The translations under genes were made by a program, and so were the position numbers. A DNA stretch of 64,000 nucleotides from NCBI GenBank assembly GCA_942493275.1, contig OW818687.1, forward strand, positions 1,857,918-1,921,917. The letters are read 5' to 3'. The notes under the pieces were generated by a model. The model was given only the letters and a program-made list of their open reading frames with translations, had not been told where the DNA came from and did no database searches. The first letter of the stretch is position 1. Every line of letters starts with the position of its first letter. This document shows, in pieces, positions 23,001-31,245 of the stretch. This DNA is from an uncultured Coriobacteriia bacterium. GTDB taxonomy: Bacteria; Actinomycetota; Coriobacteriia; Anaerosomatales; PHET01.

Positions 23001-23080
23001 ACATCTTCGGCGGCGCGAACAGCGTCTCCGAGAACACGCGTCAGCAGATCGACTCGCTGTTCGAGTTCGGCGCCTTCTAG
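20009..23080 (+). CDS. Large secreted cell-surface protein: signal peptide, six divergent transthyretin/CarboxypepD_reg-like beta-sandwich repeats, three C-terminal CWB2 repeats
   Basis: AAGGAGG lies before the ATG at 20009. Signal peptide ...LAPTLASAAPG. Six units of the type G.V.d..G.Pv.ga.V..y....w......TD..G.Y....l..G.Y. The CWB2 triplet begins RLSATSRYGTAA, RIAGGNRFATAA, RLAGNNRYNTAI. Confidence 0.85.
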   Translation: MSGRWRATLFALVLGVALMLAPTLASAAPGVITGMVTDADTGEPVAGVDIYAWWWDGLWEGPDGYATTDENGVYTFDALPANGTYDLEAYRDGYEDFYYGDGLTTTENLDTTFDFEMFPLVPMASGNVRASDGGAGIPVDGAEVTAYTYDADWGEWWTENWAYTDAEGDWSMSGSSGVYRFGFTAEGLRSEFYDNQATIEAADNVTIVTSDSDPRPATGIDAELDPATVAISGVIMEEDGVTPADWAPVALWAWDDEFSEYVQVDWTMTNIDGSYAFYDLPDNLYLVQFEGGMIDWDPETGEPVGTVWQEQWFEAAATMDLATELNYVGVEIGGVDFALTPSEISLGGVVYAEDGVTPLPGVWIDIWGSLDGLEFFWVDGAESDEAGEWEVYDLPAGLYIAGYTGENPQYIEESDDQFYYLPEYFNNVPAADLAEWQFLPGGERTDMNFTLAPAGPQLEGTVTRASDSAPVEGLEVSTFVYNADEEYWENTKWDISDATGAYGIGGVAPGDVKLGTMGGAPQVETPLDGYYNAAFWDGAVDVSLADTVTVDPSWADPQTGFDLEVTPTEPMLTGKLVSATAQPIADGAVTLYQQGGWGEGSTWDVMATAWSRADGTFEVYPDYPGQELTGSVAVEFDAGWEYYREYYNNKRRLADSNLVTMTPGTPVGLGNIVMDDYTAVSTRLSATSRYGTAATIAKKLTNGYENVSHVIIASGTSPADPLAAAGLTWAYDGAPMLLTVPTFVPDETIAALREIIDVNGDIEIHFVGGVNALPEARYAEIKTKLGADAAHLIDDAGVVDRIAGGNRFATAAAISQRMGEVRPDMPEMVLIANGAEETKFVDALALSTVAAYKGAPILTVSQTLVPQATIDEIDRLGVSPDKIYIAGGVNTVSESVRNALGVAPANRLAGNNRYNTAIAVADWAVQSGLLVGDSCGVAANIPDALTGGATVGSQGGTLLLTTKDYLFGWDDYTSTTEYMGDVVVPMVDLGDGSLPKLYIFGGANSVSENTRQQIDSLFEFGAF

Positions 23081-23103
23081 CCGGTACTCTCGGTTCAGCG
23101 TTC

Positions 23104-23146
23104 GCGCCCCCGTCCGGATACTCCGGGCGGGGGCGCTCTTTGTTTT
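23104..23146 (+). terminator. Intrinsic terminator
   Basis: 14-bp GC-rich stem (GCGCCCCCGTCCGG / CCGGGCGGGGGCGC, one mismatch) with loop ATACT, followed by TCTTTGTTTT, 24 nt after the stop at 23080. Confidence 0.8.
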
Positions 23147-23202
23147 GGCGACAACGGGACATACAATGCACCCAGGTTCATAGGGCCAACCGGGGGGTTC
23201 AC

Positions 23203-24924
23203 GTGTCGTCGATCACCGCGCCAATCCGTTCGTTCATCCGCGCCTCGCTCGCAGTGGCGGTCCTGTGCTCCACGCTGCTCGTGGCCCCTGTGGCCACGCC
23301 CGCCGCCGGCGCCTGGCCCTCGGGCGTCACCAAACTCTCGATCCCCGCAGTGCGACTCGCGGGCGGCGATCGCTTCGCCTCCGCGGCTGCCGCGGCACAC
23401 GACGCCTACCCGGGCTGGGCCGGCATCGAGCACGTGGTGGTCGCCAGCGGTGACCAGGCCGGGCTCGTCGACCCGCTCGCGGCGTCGTCTCTGTGCTGGG
23501 CCTACGACGCGCCCCTCCTGCTTACCTCCGCGAAGACGACCCCTGCCGCCACTCGATCGGCCCTGCAGGCGATCGTCTCGGCGAACACGACCGTCACGGT
23601 TCATGTGGTCGGAGGCACCATCGCGGTCCCGTCGGCGCGCGTGAGCGAGATCCGCTCACTCGTGGGCAGCGGCACCGTCGAGCAGCCGTGGAAGACCGGT
23701 GGTCGCTACGCGACCGCAGCGGGCATCGCCAATCGCGTGCGCAAGGTCGCTGCCGAGACGTCTCGCACGGTCCCCAACGCGGTGTTCGTCGCCAACGGCG
23801 CGGAGGCCAAGCGCTTCAGTGACGCGCTGGCCGCCTCGGCGGTTTCGCGCGCAACCGGCATCCCCGTGCTGCTCACCGCACCCGCCGGCGTTCCGGGTTC
23901 CACCGCAGCAGTCATAGCCACCGGCACACCCGAGGTCATCGTCATCGGCGGGTCGCAGGCGGTGAGCGCCGCGCAGTACGGCGCGCTCAGCGGCGACGCG
24001 CGCTGGTGGGGCGGAAACAAGTACTCGACGGCAACCTCGGTAGCGCGCAACGCGGTCAACCGCGGCTGGAGCACGGGAGACCGGGTCGGCATCGCATCCT
24101 CGATCGCCGACGCGCTTGCAGGCGCCTCATCGCTGGGTCGCTCGGGCGGCGTGGTTCTGCCCACTGACTCCGTGCGGCTGCCCAAGGAGCTGTTCACCTA
24201 CCTCACCAACCCTCCGGCGCCGGTTTCGCAGGTCGTCGTCCTCGGCGGCTCCAGGGCCGTCGCCGATCATCAGCTCGCCGAGGTCCAGGGCGCGCCGGGC
24301 CGTCCGCGTATCACGGCGCCTTCGGGCAAGTGGGTCGGCAAGACCATGCGCGTGAAGGGCTCGGTCAACTCCAATACCACGCGCGTCGCGCTGTACGTGG
24401 GCGGCGTGTGGAAGATCACCAAGAGCGTGCTGCCCTACAGCAACTACGACTTCGGCGACGTCACCTCGCCGTCGAAGTCCGGAACCATCGAGGTCCGCGC
24501 GCTCAACCCGGATGACAAGCGCTGCTCGGCCACGATGACCGTCGAGAGGCTCGCCTACCCGTACCCCACGTGCATCGTCATCGACAAGTCGGACTTCAAG
24601 CTCTACTGGGTTCGTGACAACAAGCTGGTGAAGAGCTACCCGATCGCCATCGGCGCCCCGGGCATGGAGACGCCCACCCGGACGTGGAAGATCCTCGCCA
24701 AGTACCACACCGATCCGAGCAGCGTGTACGGTCCACGCAAGATGCGGATGTTCAAGCAAAGCGGGTCGGGCTGGGAGTTCACCGCCTACGCCATTCACGG
24801 CACCAACCAGCCGTGGGTCATCGGCACCAAGGCGAGCCATGGCTGCATCCGCATGTACAACACGGACGTGCTGGAGCTGTTCCCGCAGGTACCGCTCGGC
24901 ACCTACGTGATCACCCGCCAGTAG
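23203..24924 (+). CDS. L,D-transpeptidase (YkuD domain) with an N-terminal CWB2 triplet
   Basis: GTG start after GGGGGG. Signal peptide ...VATPAAGA. CWB2 units begin RLAGGDRFASAA, GGRYATAAGIA, GGNKYSTATSVA. The C-terminal YkuD block is YAIHGTN...SHGCIRM. Confidence 0.88.
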   Translation: MSSITAPIRSFIRASLAVAVLCSTLLVAPVATPAAGAWPSGVTKLSIPAVRLAGGDRFASAAAAAHDAYPGWAGIEHVVVASGDQAGLVDPLAASSLCWAYDAPLLLTSAKTTPAATRSALQAIVSANTTVTVHVVGGTIAVPSARVSEIRSLVGSGTVEQPWKTGGRYATAAGIANRVRKVAAETSRTVPNAVFVANGAEAKRFSDALAASAVSRATGIPVLLTAPAGVPGSTAAVIATGTPEVIVIGGSQAVSAAQYGALSGDARWWGGNKYSTATSVARNAVNRGWSTGDRVGIASSIADALAGASSLGRSGGVVLPTDSVRLPKELFTYLTNPPAPVSQVVVLGGSRAVADHQLAEVQGAPGRPRITAPSGKWVGKTMRVKGSVNSNTTRVALYVGGVWKITKSVLPYSNYDFGDVTSPSKSGTIEVRALNPDDKRCSATMTVERLAYPYPTCIVIDKSDFKLYWVRDNKLVKSYPIAIGAPGMETPTRTWKILAKYHTDPSSVYGPRKMRMFKQSGSGWEFTAYAIHGTNQPWVIGTKASHGCIRMYNTDVLELFPQVPLGTYVITRQ

Positions 24925-24930
24925 CCGCAC

Positions 24931-27069
24931 TCACTCCCTGATGCGCGCCACGTCGCCGCGGACCTCGTCGGTGATGGCGTTGCCGCCGCCGAGCACCCAC
25001 ACCCGGGTGACATTGTTGCGGTGCGTCTCGAGGAAGTGCGCCGGCTCGGCCGACAGGTCGCTGCCTACCGAGAAGACCAGCACGCCGCCGTCGCGCCCGA
25101 CCGCGGCTCCGCCGGCGAGTGCATCCGGCAGTCCCGACGCGATCCCGACGGTCCCCGTGTCGAGCCAGAGCTGCTCCACGGCTTTCTCGGCGACCGCGAC
25201 CGACGTCGCCATGCGGTTTGCCCCCGCGAGCCGGTTGGCCTCGCTGATGCCCAGCGCGGCGAGCACCGCGGGGTCGAGCGACACGGGGCCGCCGGCGGCG
25301 TAGCGCTCGGTGAGTCCCAGGTCGTCGGCGGTTCCGGAGGTCGTTGCGGGAACGCTGGCGGTCGCGCACAGCAGGATCGGCGAGCCGGTGGCGCGCGCGA
25401 TCGGAGCCAGTGCGAGCGCGTCGGCGAAGCGCGCGGAGTCGCTGCCGTTGGCGAACAGCGCGCGGCTCGGGAAGTCGCCGGGTCGCACCTGCCGCATCCG
25501 GTGCGCGATAGCGGCCGCGGTCTCGTAGCGGTCCCCGCTCGCCAGCACCCTCTCGGCGGTAGAGCCCGCGCCGGCCGCGCTCACCAGTGCCGCCAGGCGG
25601 CTGTCGGGCAGCGCTGCGGACCCGCCGACCACGTGCAGCGTGAGCGGCCCGCCGGTCGCGGCCCGGATCGCCTGCAGGGCGGCGACGGTGTCGGGAGGGG
25701 TGTGGGTCGCGCTCGCAAGGAGCAGCGGCGCGTCGTAGGCCCAGCACAGGCCCGAGGCCGCGAGCGGGTCGACCAGTCCGCGGTCATCGCCGCTCGCGAT
25801 TACCACGTCGGTCACGCCCGCCCACCCGGGGTATGACTCCTCGGCGGTCACCGCTGCGGTGGCGAAGCGGTTCTGCCCCGAAAGCCGGTCCGAGAAGGTC
25901 TCGGCGTCGCCCAGCTCGTAGACTGCCCCGTTGGCCCACGAGACGAGGTAGAGGTTGTCGGCGTCGTCAGTGCCGAACGAAGTGATGAGATAGTTGGTGT
26001 CGGCGAGCACCGGCGCGTTCCACGTCGCCGAGGCGCTCTTGCGGGTGCCGTAGATGGTGCCCATCACGAAGTCGCCGAACACGTACGTGCCCACCATCGC
26101 CGGATGCTTGGCGCCGCGGTAGACGTATCCACCGGTGATCGACTCGGCCGCCGGATGGCTGAACTCGGCGACGGGGAAGGTGATCCCGCTTGACGACGGT
26201 GACGTCGCGGCGGGGTAGGGGTGCCGGCCCTCCCAGCGGTTCCAGCCGTAATTGCGCCCCCCGGTGGCCGGCGGTTCGAGGTTGAGCTCCTCCCAGTCAT
26301 TCTGGCCGACGTCGGCCACGTAGAAGTCGCCGTTCACGTCGAACGAGTTGCGCCACGGGTTGCGCAGCCCATAGGCCCAGACCTCTCCCCGCGCTCCGGC
26401 AACCCCCACGAACGGGTTGTCCGCCGGCACCGTGTAGGTAGTCGGCGAGCCGGTCTCGGGGTCGATGCGCAGCATCTTACCCAGCAGCGACCCTCGATTC
26501 TGCGCGTCACCCTCGGGGTCGCCCGAGCCGCCCCCGTCGCCCACCGCGACGTACAGGTAACCGTCGGGCCCGAACGCGATCCAGCCGCCGTTGTGATTCC
26601 CGGCCGAGGAGTGCTCGATGGTGAGTATGGTCTGCCGACTCGCCGGCAGCGCGAGATCGGGGTTGCCGGGGTCGCGAAGGTAGCGAGCGAGCACAATGTC
26701 GCCCCCGGTGTCGGTGTAGTACACGTAGAACCGCCGGTTCGACGCGTACTGAGGCGAGAACGCCAGGCCGAGCAGGCCTCGCTCGGAGGTGGTCGTCGTG
26801 AGCGTGGTGATGTCGAGGAATGTTGCGAGCGCGCCGCCGCCGGCGGGCGCGACCTTGATCATGCCGCCCCGCTCGACCACGTAGACGCGCTGGCCCGTGC
26901 CGTCCCCGGTGAAGAAGAGGGGGGACGACAGCCCGGTGAAGCGCGTGGTGAGGTAGGGAACCGGCCATCCGGCGGGCGCAGTGACCGCAGGCGCCACCGA
27001 CGGCGCCGCGAGCGCCGCCACGATCATCGCCGCGAACAGACGGGTCACGCGAAGTCGGGGTAGCCGCAT
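24931..27069 (-). CDS. Secreted glucose/sorbosone-dehydrogenase-type (PQQ-dependent aldose dehydrogenase-like) beta-propeller with a C-terminal CWB2 triplet
   Basis: Signal peptide MRLPRLRVTRLFAAMIVAALAAPSVAPA. Blocks GLLGLAFSP, GNHNGGWIAFGPDGYLYVAVGDGG, GKMLRIDP..G.....P.DNPF and WAYGLRNPWR. CWB2 units begin RLSGQNRFATAA, SGDRYETAAAIA, RLAGANRMATSVA. Confidence 0.85.
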   Translation of the reverse strand: MRLPRLRVTRLFAAMIVAALAAPSVAPAVTAPAGWPVPYLTTRFTGLSSPLFFTGDGTGQRVYVVERGGMIKVAPAGGGALATFLDITTLTTTTSERGLLGLAFSPQYASNRRFYVYYTDTGGDIVLARYLRDPGNPDLALPASRQTILTIEHSSAGNHNGGWIAFGPDGYLYVAVGDGGGSGDPEGDAQNRGSLLGKMLRIDPETGSPTTYTVPADNPFVGVAGARGEVWAYGLRNPWRNSFDVNGDFYVADVGQNDWEELNLEPPATGGRNYGWNRWEGRHPYPAATSPSSSGITFPVAEFSHPAAESITGGYVYRGAKHPAMVGTYVFGDFVMGTIYGTRKSASATWNAPVLADTNYLITSFGTDDADNLYLVSWANGAVYELGDAETFSDRLSGQNRFATAAVTAEESYPGWAGVTDVVIASGDDRGLVDPLAASGLCWAYDAPLLLASATHTPPDTVAALQAIRAATGGPLTLHVVGGSAALPDSRLAALVSAAGAGSTAERVLASGDRYETAAAIAHRMRQVRPGDFPSRALFANGSDSARFADALALAPIARATGSPILLCATASVPATTSGTADDLGLTERYAAGGPVSLDPAVLAALGISEANRLAGANRMATSVAVAEKAVEQLWLDTGTVGIASGLPDALAGGAAVGRDGGVLVFSVGSDLSAEPAHFLETHRNNVTRVWVLGGGNAITDEVRGDVARIRE

Positions 27070-27132
27070 CGTCACTCCAGTCACCGGCGGGTGTCACGCT
27101 GTTCATACCCGTGCGGTGCATGGCAGGGTGCA

Positions 27133-27141
27133 TGCTAGAAT
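27133..27141 (+). promoter_or_regulatory. Extended -10 promoter candidate TGCTAGAAT for the amidase gene
   Basis: TGn + TAGAAT, 58 nt upstream of the ATG at 27199. The same GCTAGAAT octamer recurs at 54649 and 63342. Confidence 0.5.
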
Positions 27142-27198
27142 GAGCGCGCGGCGTCGCCGGGCGCCACCGATCTGCAACCTTCCGGCGCGAGGTGCCAC

Positions 27199-28875
27199 AT
27201 GCAGCCCATTCGTCGACACGCCCTCGCATCGCGCGCGTTCGCCCTCGTGGCGGTCGCCGTGATGTCCCTCGGACCCGTCGCCCCCGCTCCCGCAGCTCCC
27301 GTCAAGCCTGTCGCATTGCGCGTGGCGGTCGATCCCGGGCACGGTGGCGGTTACTCGGGCGCCTACTACAGCGGCACCGCCGAGAAGAACCTCAACCTCG
27401 CCATCGCCAAACGGCTCGTCGCCGAGCTTCGCCGCCGAGGCATCGACGCGTCACTCACGCGTTCCTCGGACACGAAGGTCTACACCGGTGGAGGCCTGCG
27501 CACCTGGCGCTGGATCGAATCCGCCAACGCGTACCGCTACGCCACCTATCCGGCCGAGGACGCGGGTGACCGGTTGACGCTCGACCTGCAGGCTCGCGCC
27601 GACCGCGCGAATGCGGCAGGCGCGGACCTCTTTGTCTCGATCCACTGCAACGCCGCGGGCTCCACCGCTCGCGGCATCGAGGTGTGGCGTGCGCCCAACG
27701 ATCCGCTCGGCCAGGCGTTCGCCACCGACGTGCTCGCGGGCCTCATCGGCAGGACCGGCGCGACCAATCGGGGTGTCCACGAGGCCAACTTCTACGTGAC
27801 CCGCTGGTCGAACATGCCGGCGATCCTCGTCGAGTCCGGCTTCATGTCGAACTCGACCGAGCTCAGCAGACTCCGCTCTTCCTGGTACCAGGAGCGCCTG
27901 GCCGATGGCATCGCCGATGGAATCGAGTCGTTCTCGGCCGATGCCGTCGCCGAGCCCTACGATCGCATCGCGGGCTCAGATCGCTGGAGTACCGCCACCC
28001 AGGTGTCCAAGCGCAGTCATCCTTCCGGCGCCCAGGCCGTTGTTCTCGCGTCCGGCGAGGGCTTTGCGGACTCGCTCGTGGCCGGTCCGCTCGCACGCTC
28101 GATGGACGCGCCGGTGCTCACGACCGGCGCCGCCACGCTGCCGCCTGCGATAGCCGCCGAGATAGAGCGCCTGTCGCCGGCCCGGCTCGTGATCGTGGGT
28201 GGCGAGAACGCGGTGTCCTCGGCGGTCGCGACTGCGGCTGCGGAGGCGGCCGGCATCCCGGTCGAGGACGTGGAGCGGCTCGGCGGGCGCACTCGCTACG
28301 ACGTGTCGCTCGCGGTCGCCCGCCAGCTCGAGAGCGCGGATACGTCTGCGGTCGTGGTGACAGCCGGCGAGTCGTGGGCCGATGCACTGAGCATCTCGGC
28401 GAGCGCGGCCGATCGCGGCGAGCCTATCGTGCTGTGTCCGCCTTCGGGCTTGACCACCAGCCAGGTCGCCTTCATCGCTTCGGGCGACTCGACGCGCGCT
28501 GTCACGGTGGTCGGCGGCACGGCAGTGGTCCCGACTTCGGCCCTGCGCGGGCTCGCATTCAAGCGGCTCTCCGGCTACGGACGCTACGACACCAACTGGG
28601 AGGTGCTCAAGGCCCGCTACACGGAGGCTCAGAGGCTCTCACCGATACTGGCGTCGGGCGAGCGCTTCAACGACGCGCTCGTCGTAGGTCCCTACGCCGC
28701 CACCCTCGACCGGCCGGTGATGCTGGTGGGCAAGTCCACGGTGTCGGCCGACGCGCGTCCCTGGCTCTACGATCGGCGTAGCAAGGTCTTCTCGGCGACG
28801 GTGGTCGGAGGTACCGCGGCGGTCACCGCCTACGCCGGTCCCTCGCACGAGAAGTGGCGCATGCGAAGCTACTGA
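27199..28875 (+). CDS. N-acetylmuramoyl-L-alanine amidase (Amidase_3) with a C-terminal CWB2 triplet
   Basis: Signal peptide, then VAVDPGHGG...EKNLNL...ADLFVSIHCNA...GIEVW...ESGFMSN. CWB2 units begin RIAGSDRWSTAT, RLGGRTRYDVSLA, RLSGYGRYDTNW. Confidence 0.9.
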   Translation: MQPIRRHALASRAFALVAVAVMSLGPVAPAPAAPVKPVALRVAVDPGHGGGYSGAYYSGTAEKNLNLAIAKRLVAELRRRGIDASLTRSSDTKVYTGGGLRTWRWIESANAYRYATYPAEDAGDRLTLDLQARADRANAAGADLFVSIHCNAAGSTARGIEVWRAPNDPLGQAFATDVLAGLIGRTGATNRGVHEANFYVTRWSNMPAILVESGFMSNSTELSRLRSSWYQERLADGIADGIESFSADAVAEPYDRIAGSDRWSTATQVSKRSHPSGAQAVVLASGEGFADSLVAGPLARSMDAPVLTTGAATLPPAIAAEIERLSPARLVIVGGENAVSSAVATAAAEAAGIPVEDVERLGGRTRYDVSLAVARQLESADTSAVVVTAGESWADALSISASAADRGEPIVLCPPSGLTTSQVAFIASGDSTRAVTVVGGTAVVPTSALRGLAFKRLSGYGRYDTNWEVLKARYTEAQRLSPILASGERFNDALVVGPYAATLDRPVMLVGKSTVSADARPWLYDRRSKVFSATVVGGTAAVTAYAGPSHEKWRMRSY

Positions 28876-28946
28876 GATACCCGCCCGTGTTAGACTGAAG
28901 TGACGTACGAGCCCTCTTTGGCTCGCCATGTGCAGGGAGTCGTAGC

Positions 28947-31199
28947 ATGAGTCGTAGCAGCCTGACATGTCGTCGCGCCCTTAACGCGGCGCTCGCCCTC
29001 TCGCTTCTTGCGAGCCTTTTCGTGGCACCGGTCAGCGCCGGCGCTGCGTATCCTTCGTTTCAGTTCACCGGTGCGGGCTACGGCCACGGCATCGGCCTGT
29101 CGCAGTACGGATCCAAGGGCTGGGCCGAGCACGGCAAGACCGGCTCGTGGATCGCGACGTACTACTACCCGGGCAGCAAGATCGGCACCGCCGACACGCG
29201 CACGATGTACGTGAACCTCGACGCGGACGCCAACTACCGCAGCACCTCGTCCGGCTACAACTCCGGGTACACCCGCTCCACCTGGCGCATCCGTCCGGGG
29301 TTCGTCGGCGGAAAGCTCAAGATCAACGGCGTCGAACGCCCCGACAGCACCTACACCTTCACGGCGACCACCTCTGGTGGAAGCCCCGCGATGAAGGTGA
29401 CCAATAGCGGCGGCACCGTGATAGGCACCTACACGGGGACCTTGCTGGTCGAACCGGCCAGCACGTCTCAGTGGCTGCTACAGGTCGTCGACGCCAGCGG
29501 CGCCTTCGACCACACCTACGTTCGCTATCGCGGGCGCATGCAGGTCAGGGTCAACAGCAGCGGAAAGCTCAAGCTGCTCAACAAGCTCTCGATGAGCGAG
29601 TACCTCAAGGGAGTCATTCCTCGCGAAACCCCGGCATCGTGGCACATCGAGGCGCTGAAGGCGCAATCCATCGTTGCCCGCTCCTATGCGTACGTGAGCA
29701 GCGGTGACCTCTACTGCACAACGTGGAGCCAGGTCTACAACGGTCACTCCCGAGGAGACCGTGCCGCTCCCACGATGCACGAGGACGATCGCTCGAGCGC
29801 GGCCGTCGATGTCACGAACAACCAGTACGTGACCTACAACGGATCCGTCATCCAGACCTACTTCCACAGCTCGTCGGGCGGCCATACCGCAAACATCGAG
29901 GACGTGTGGCCGGGCACCGGTCAGCCTTCGAGCTCGTACCCGTACCGCAAGGGCGTCTCGGACCCGTACTGCGCAGGTCCGTACGACCCCTGGTCCGATG
30001 CGCCCACGTACGACGGCATGGTGCTCGCGAACAAGATCAAGGGCTACGTGAGCGGCGAGCCGTCCGGCGCGGGCAGCACCGTGTACGTGAAGTCCCTCGC
30101 GCTCGAACGCGTGTGGCCCTCGGGCTTCGTGAAGACCGTCGATATCACGTGGTCCAACGGGGCGGTCACGAGCAATGTCGCCGGCGACACGTTCCGCTCG
30201 GCGCTCGGTCTTCGCAGCACCAAGTTCTTCGTCAACGGGAAGTTCAGCAGGATCGCCTTGGGTGATCGCTACGACACTGCTGTGGCTATTTCGAAGCAGA
30301 CATACCCCTCCGCAGGGCTCGCCAAGGGCGCCGTCATCGTCAACGGATCCAACGACAAGTTCCCTGACGCCCTGACCGCGGCGGCTCTCGCAGGCACCGT
30401 CGACGGCCCCGTGCTGCTCGTCTCGGGCTCCACTCTGCCGGGCGCCGTGGCCAACGAGCTCAAGCGACTCGGCGTGACAAAGGCCTACGTGGTCGGCGGG
30501 ACGGCGAGCGTTCCCGCAGCCACGTTCAACGCAGTCAAGGCAATCGTCCCCACAACCAAGCGTCTTGCCGGTAGCGACCGTTACGGCTACGACCGTTATG
30601 GGACGGCTGCGAGCGTGGCCATGGAGATGAAGGTGCTTGCACCTTCGACCAAGGTGCTCGTCGCCACCGGCGAGAACTGGCCGGATGCCGCAGTGGCCGC
30701 TGGCGTCGCGGCCGGATCGAAGCGCCCGCTGCTACTGGTTCGCAAGGACGCGATGCCGAGCGGCACCGTGTACGCCCTGCGCGATCTCGGAGCCACCGAG
30801 AGCGCTGTCTTTGGCGGTGCGAACGCGATCTCTTCGCGCACGATCGCGACGCTCGTACGCGAGACGGGCGAGTCCGCGCCCACCAAGCGATTCGGCATGA
30901 CCGGCGGTCGCTACGACGTCGCCGTCGAGGCCGCGAAGTGGAGTGTGTCGACGTTTGGGTACACGCTCAGCACCGTCTACATCGCCTCCGGGCAGACGTT
31001 CCCCGATACGGTCACCGGTGGCGTCCTGGCGGGCAAGAACAAGCACCCGCTGCTTCTGACGCCTGCAAAGGATCCGGCGTCCGCGACGTGCGGCTACCTG
31101 GCTGCGAACCGGGCGACGGTCGCCAATGTCACGGTGATCGGCGGACCACTCGCCGTCTCGGACGCGTGTGCGTCGACTATTGCGAGCTACGCGTACTAG
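28947..31199 (+). CDS. SpoIID/LytB-domain protein (lytic-transglycosylase type) with a C-terminal CWB2 triplet
   Basis: Contains GAGYGHGIGLSQYG, MSEYLKGVIPRE..ASW..EALKAQSIVARSYA, TW.QVY.G and YFHSSSGGHTANIEDVW. CWB2 units begin RIALGDRYDTAVA, RLAGSDRYGYDRYGTAA, GGRYDVAVEAA. Confidence 0.9.
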   Translation: MSRSSLTCRRALNAALALSLLASLFVAPVSAGAAYPSFQFTGAGYGHGIGLSQYGSKGWAEHGKTGSWIATYYYPGSKIGTADTRTMYVNLDADANYRSTSSGYNSGYTRSTWRIRPGFVGGKLKINGVERPDSTYTFTATTSGGSPAMKVTNSGGTVIGTYTGTLLVEPASTSQWLLQVVDASGAFDHTYVRYRGRMQVRVNSSGKLKLLNKLSMSEYLKGVIPRETPASWHIEALKAQSIVARSYAYVSSGDLYCTTWSQVYNGHSRGDRAAPTMHEDDRSSAAVDVTNNQYVTYNGSVIQTYFHSSSGGHTANIEDVWPGTGQPSSSYPYRKGVSDPYCAGPYDPWSDAPTYDGMVLANKIKGYVSGEPSGAGSTVYVKSLALERVWPSGFVKTVDITWSNGAVTSNVAGDTFRSALGLRSTKFFVNGKFSRIALGDRYDTAVAISKQTYPSAGLAKGAVIVNGSNDKFPDALTAAALAGTVDGPVLLVSGSTLPGAVANELKRLGVTKAYVVGGTASVPAATFNAVKAIVPTTKRLAGSDRYGYDRYGTAASVAMEMKVLAPSTKVLVATGENWPDAAVAAGVAAGSKRPLLLVRKDAMPSGTVYALRDLGATESAVFGGANAISSRTIATLVRETGESAPTKRFGMTGGRYDVAVEAAKWSVSTFGYTLSTVYIASGQTFPDTVTGGVLAGKNKHPLLLTPAKDPASATCGYLAANRATVANVTVIGGPLAVSDACASTIASYAY

Positions 31200-31245
31200 A
31201 CGGTTCGCGTCTCGCGCTGGGTAACCGCAGGGTTTCCGCCCGCCA

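Noticed and set aside
24922-24933. Convergent stop codons only 6 nt apart (L,D-transpeptidase versus propeller gene) with no terminator between them
   Set aside because: This is tight packing only. Any terminator hairpins must lie inside the coding ends, and I could not identify a convincing one.
27114-27134. Direct repeat GGTGCATG ... GGTGCATG in the divergent region between the propeller and amidase genes
   Set aside because: These are two 8-mers 13 nt apart that overlap the -35/-10 region. They are too short to distinguish from chance, so they are noted only as a possible operator.
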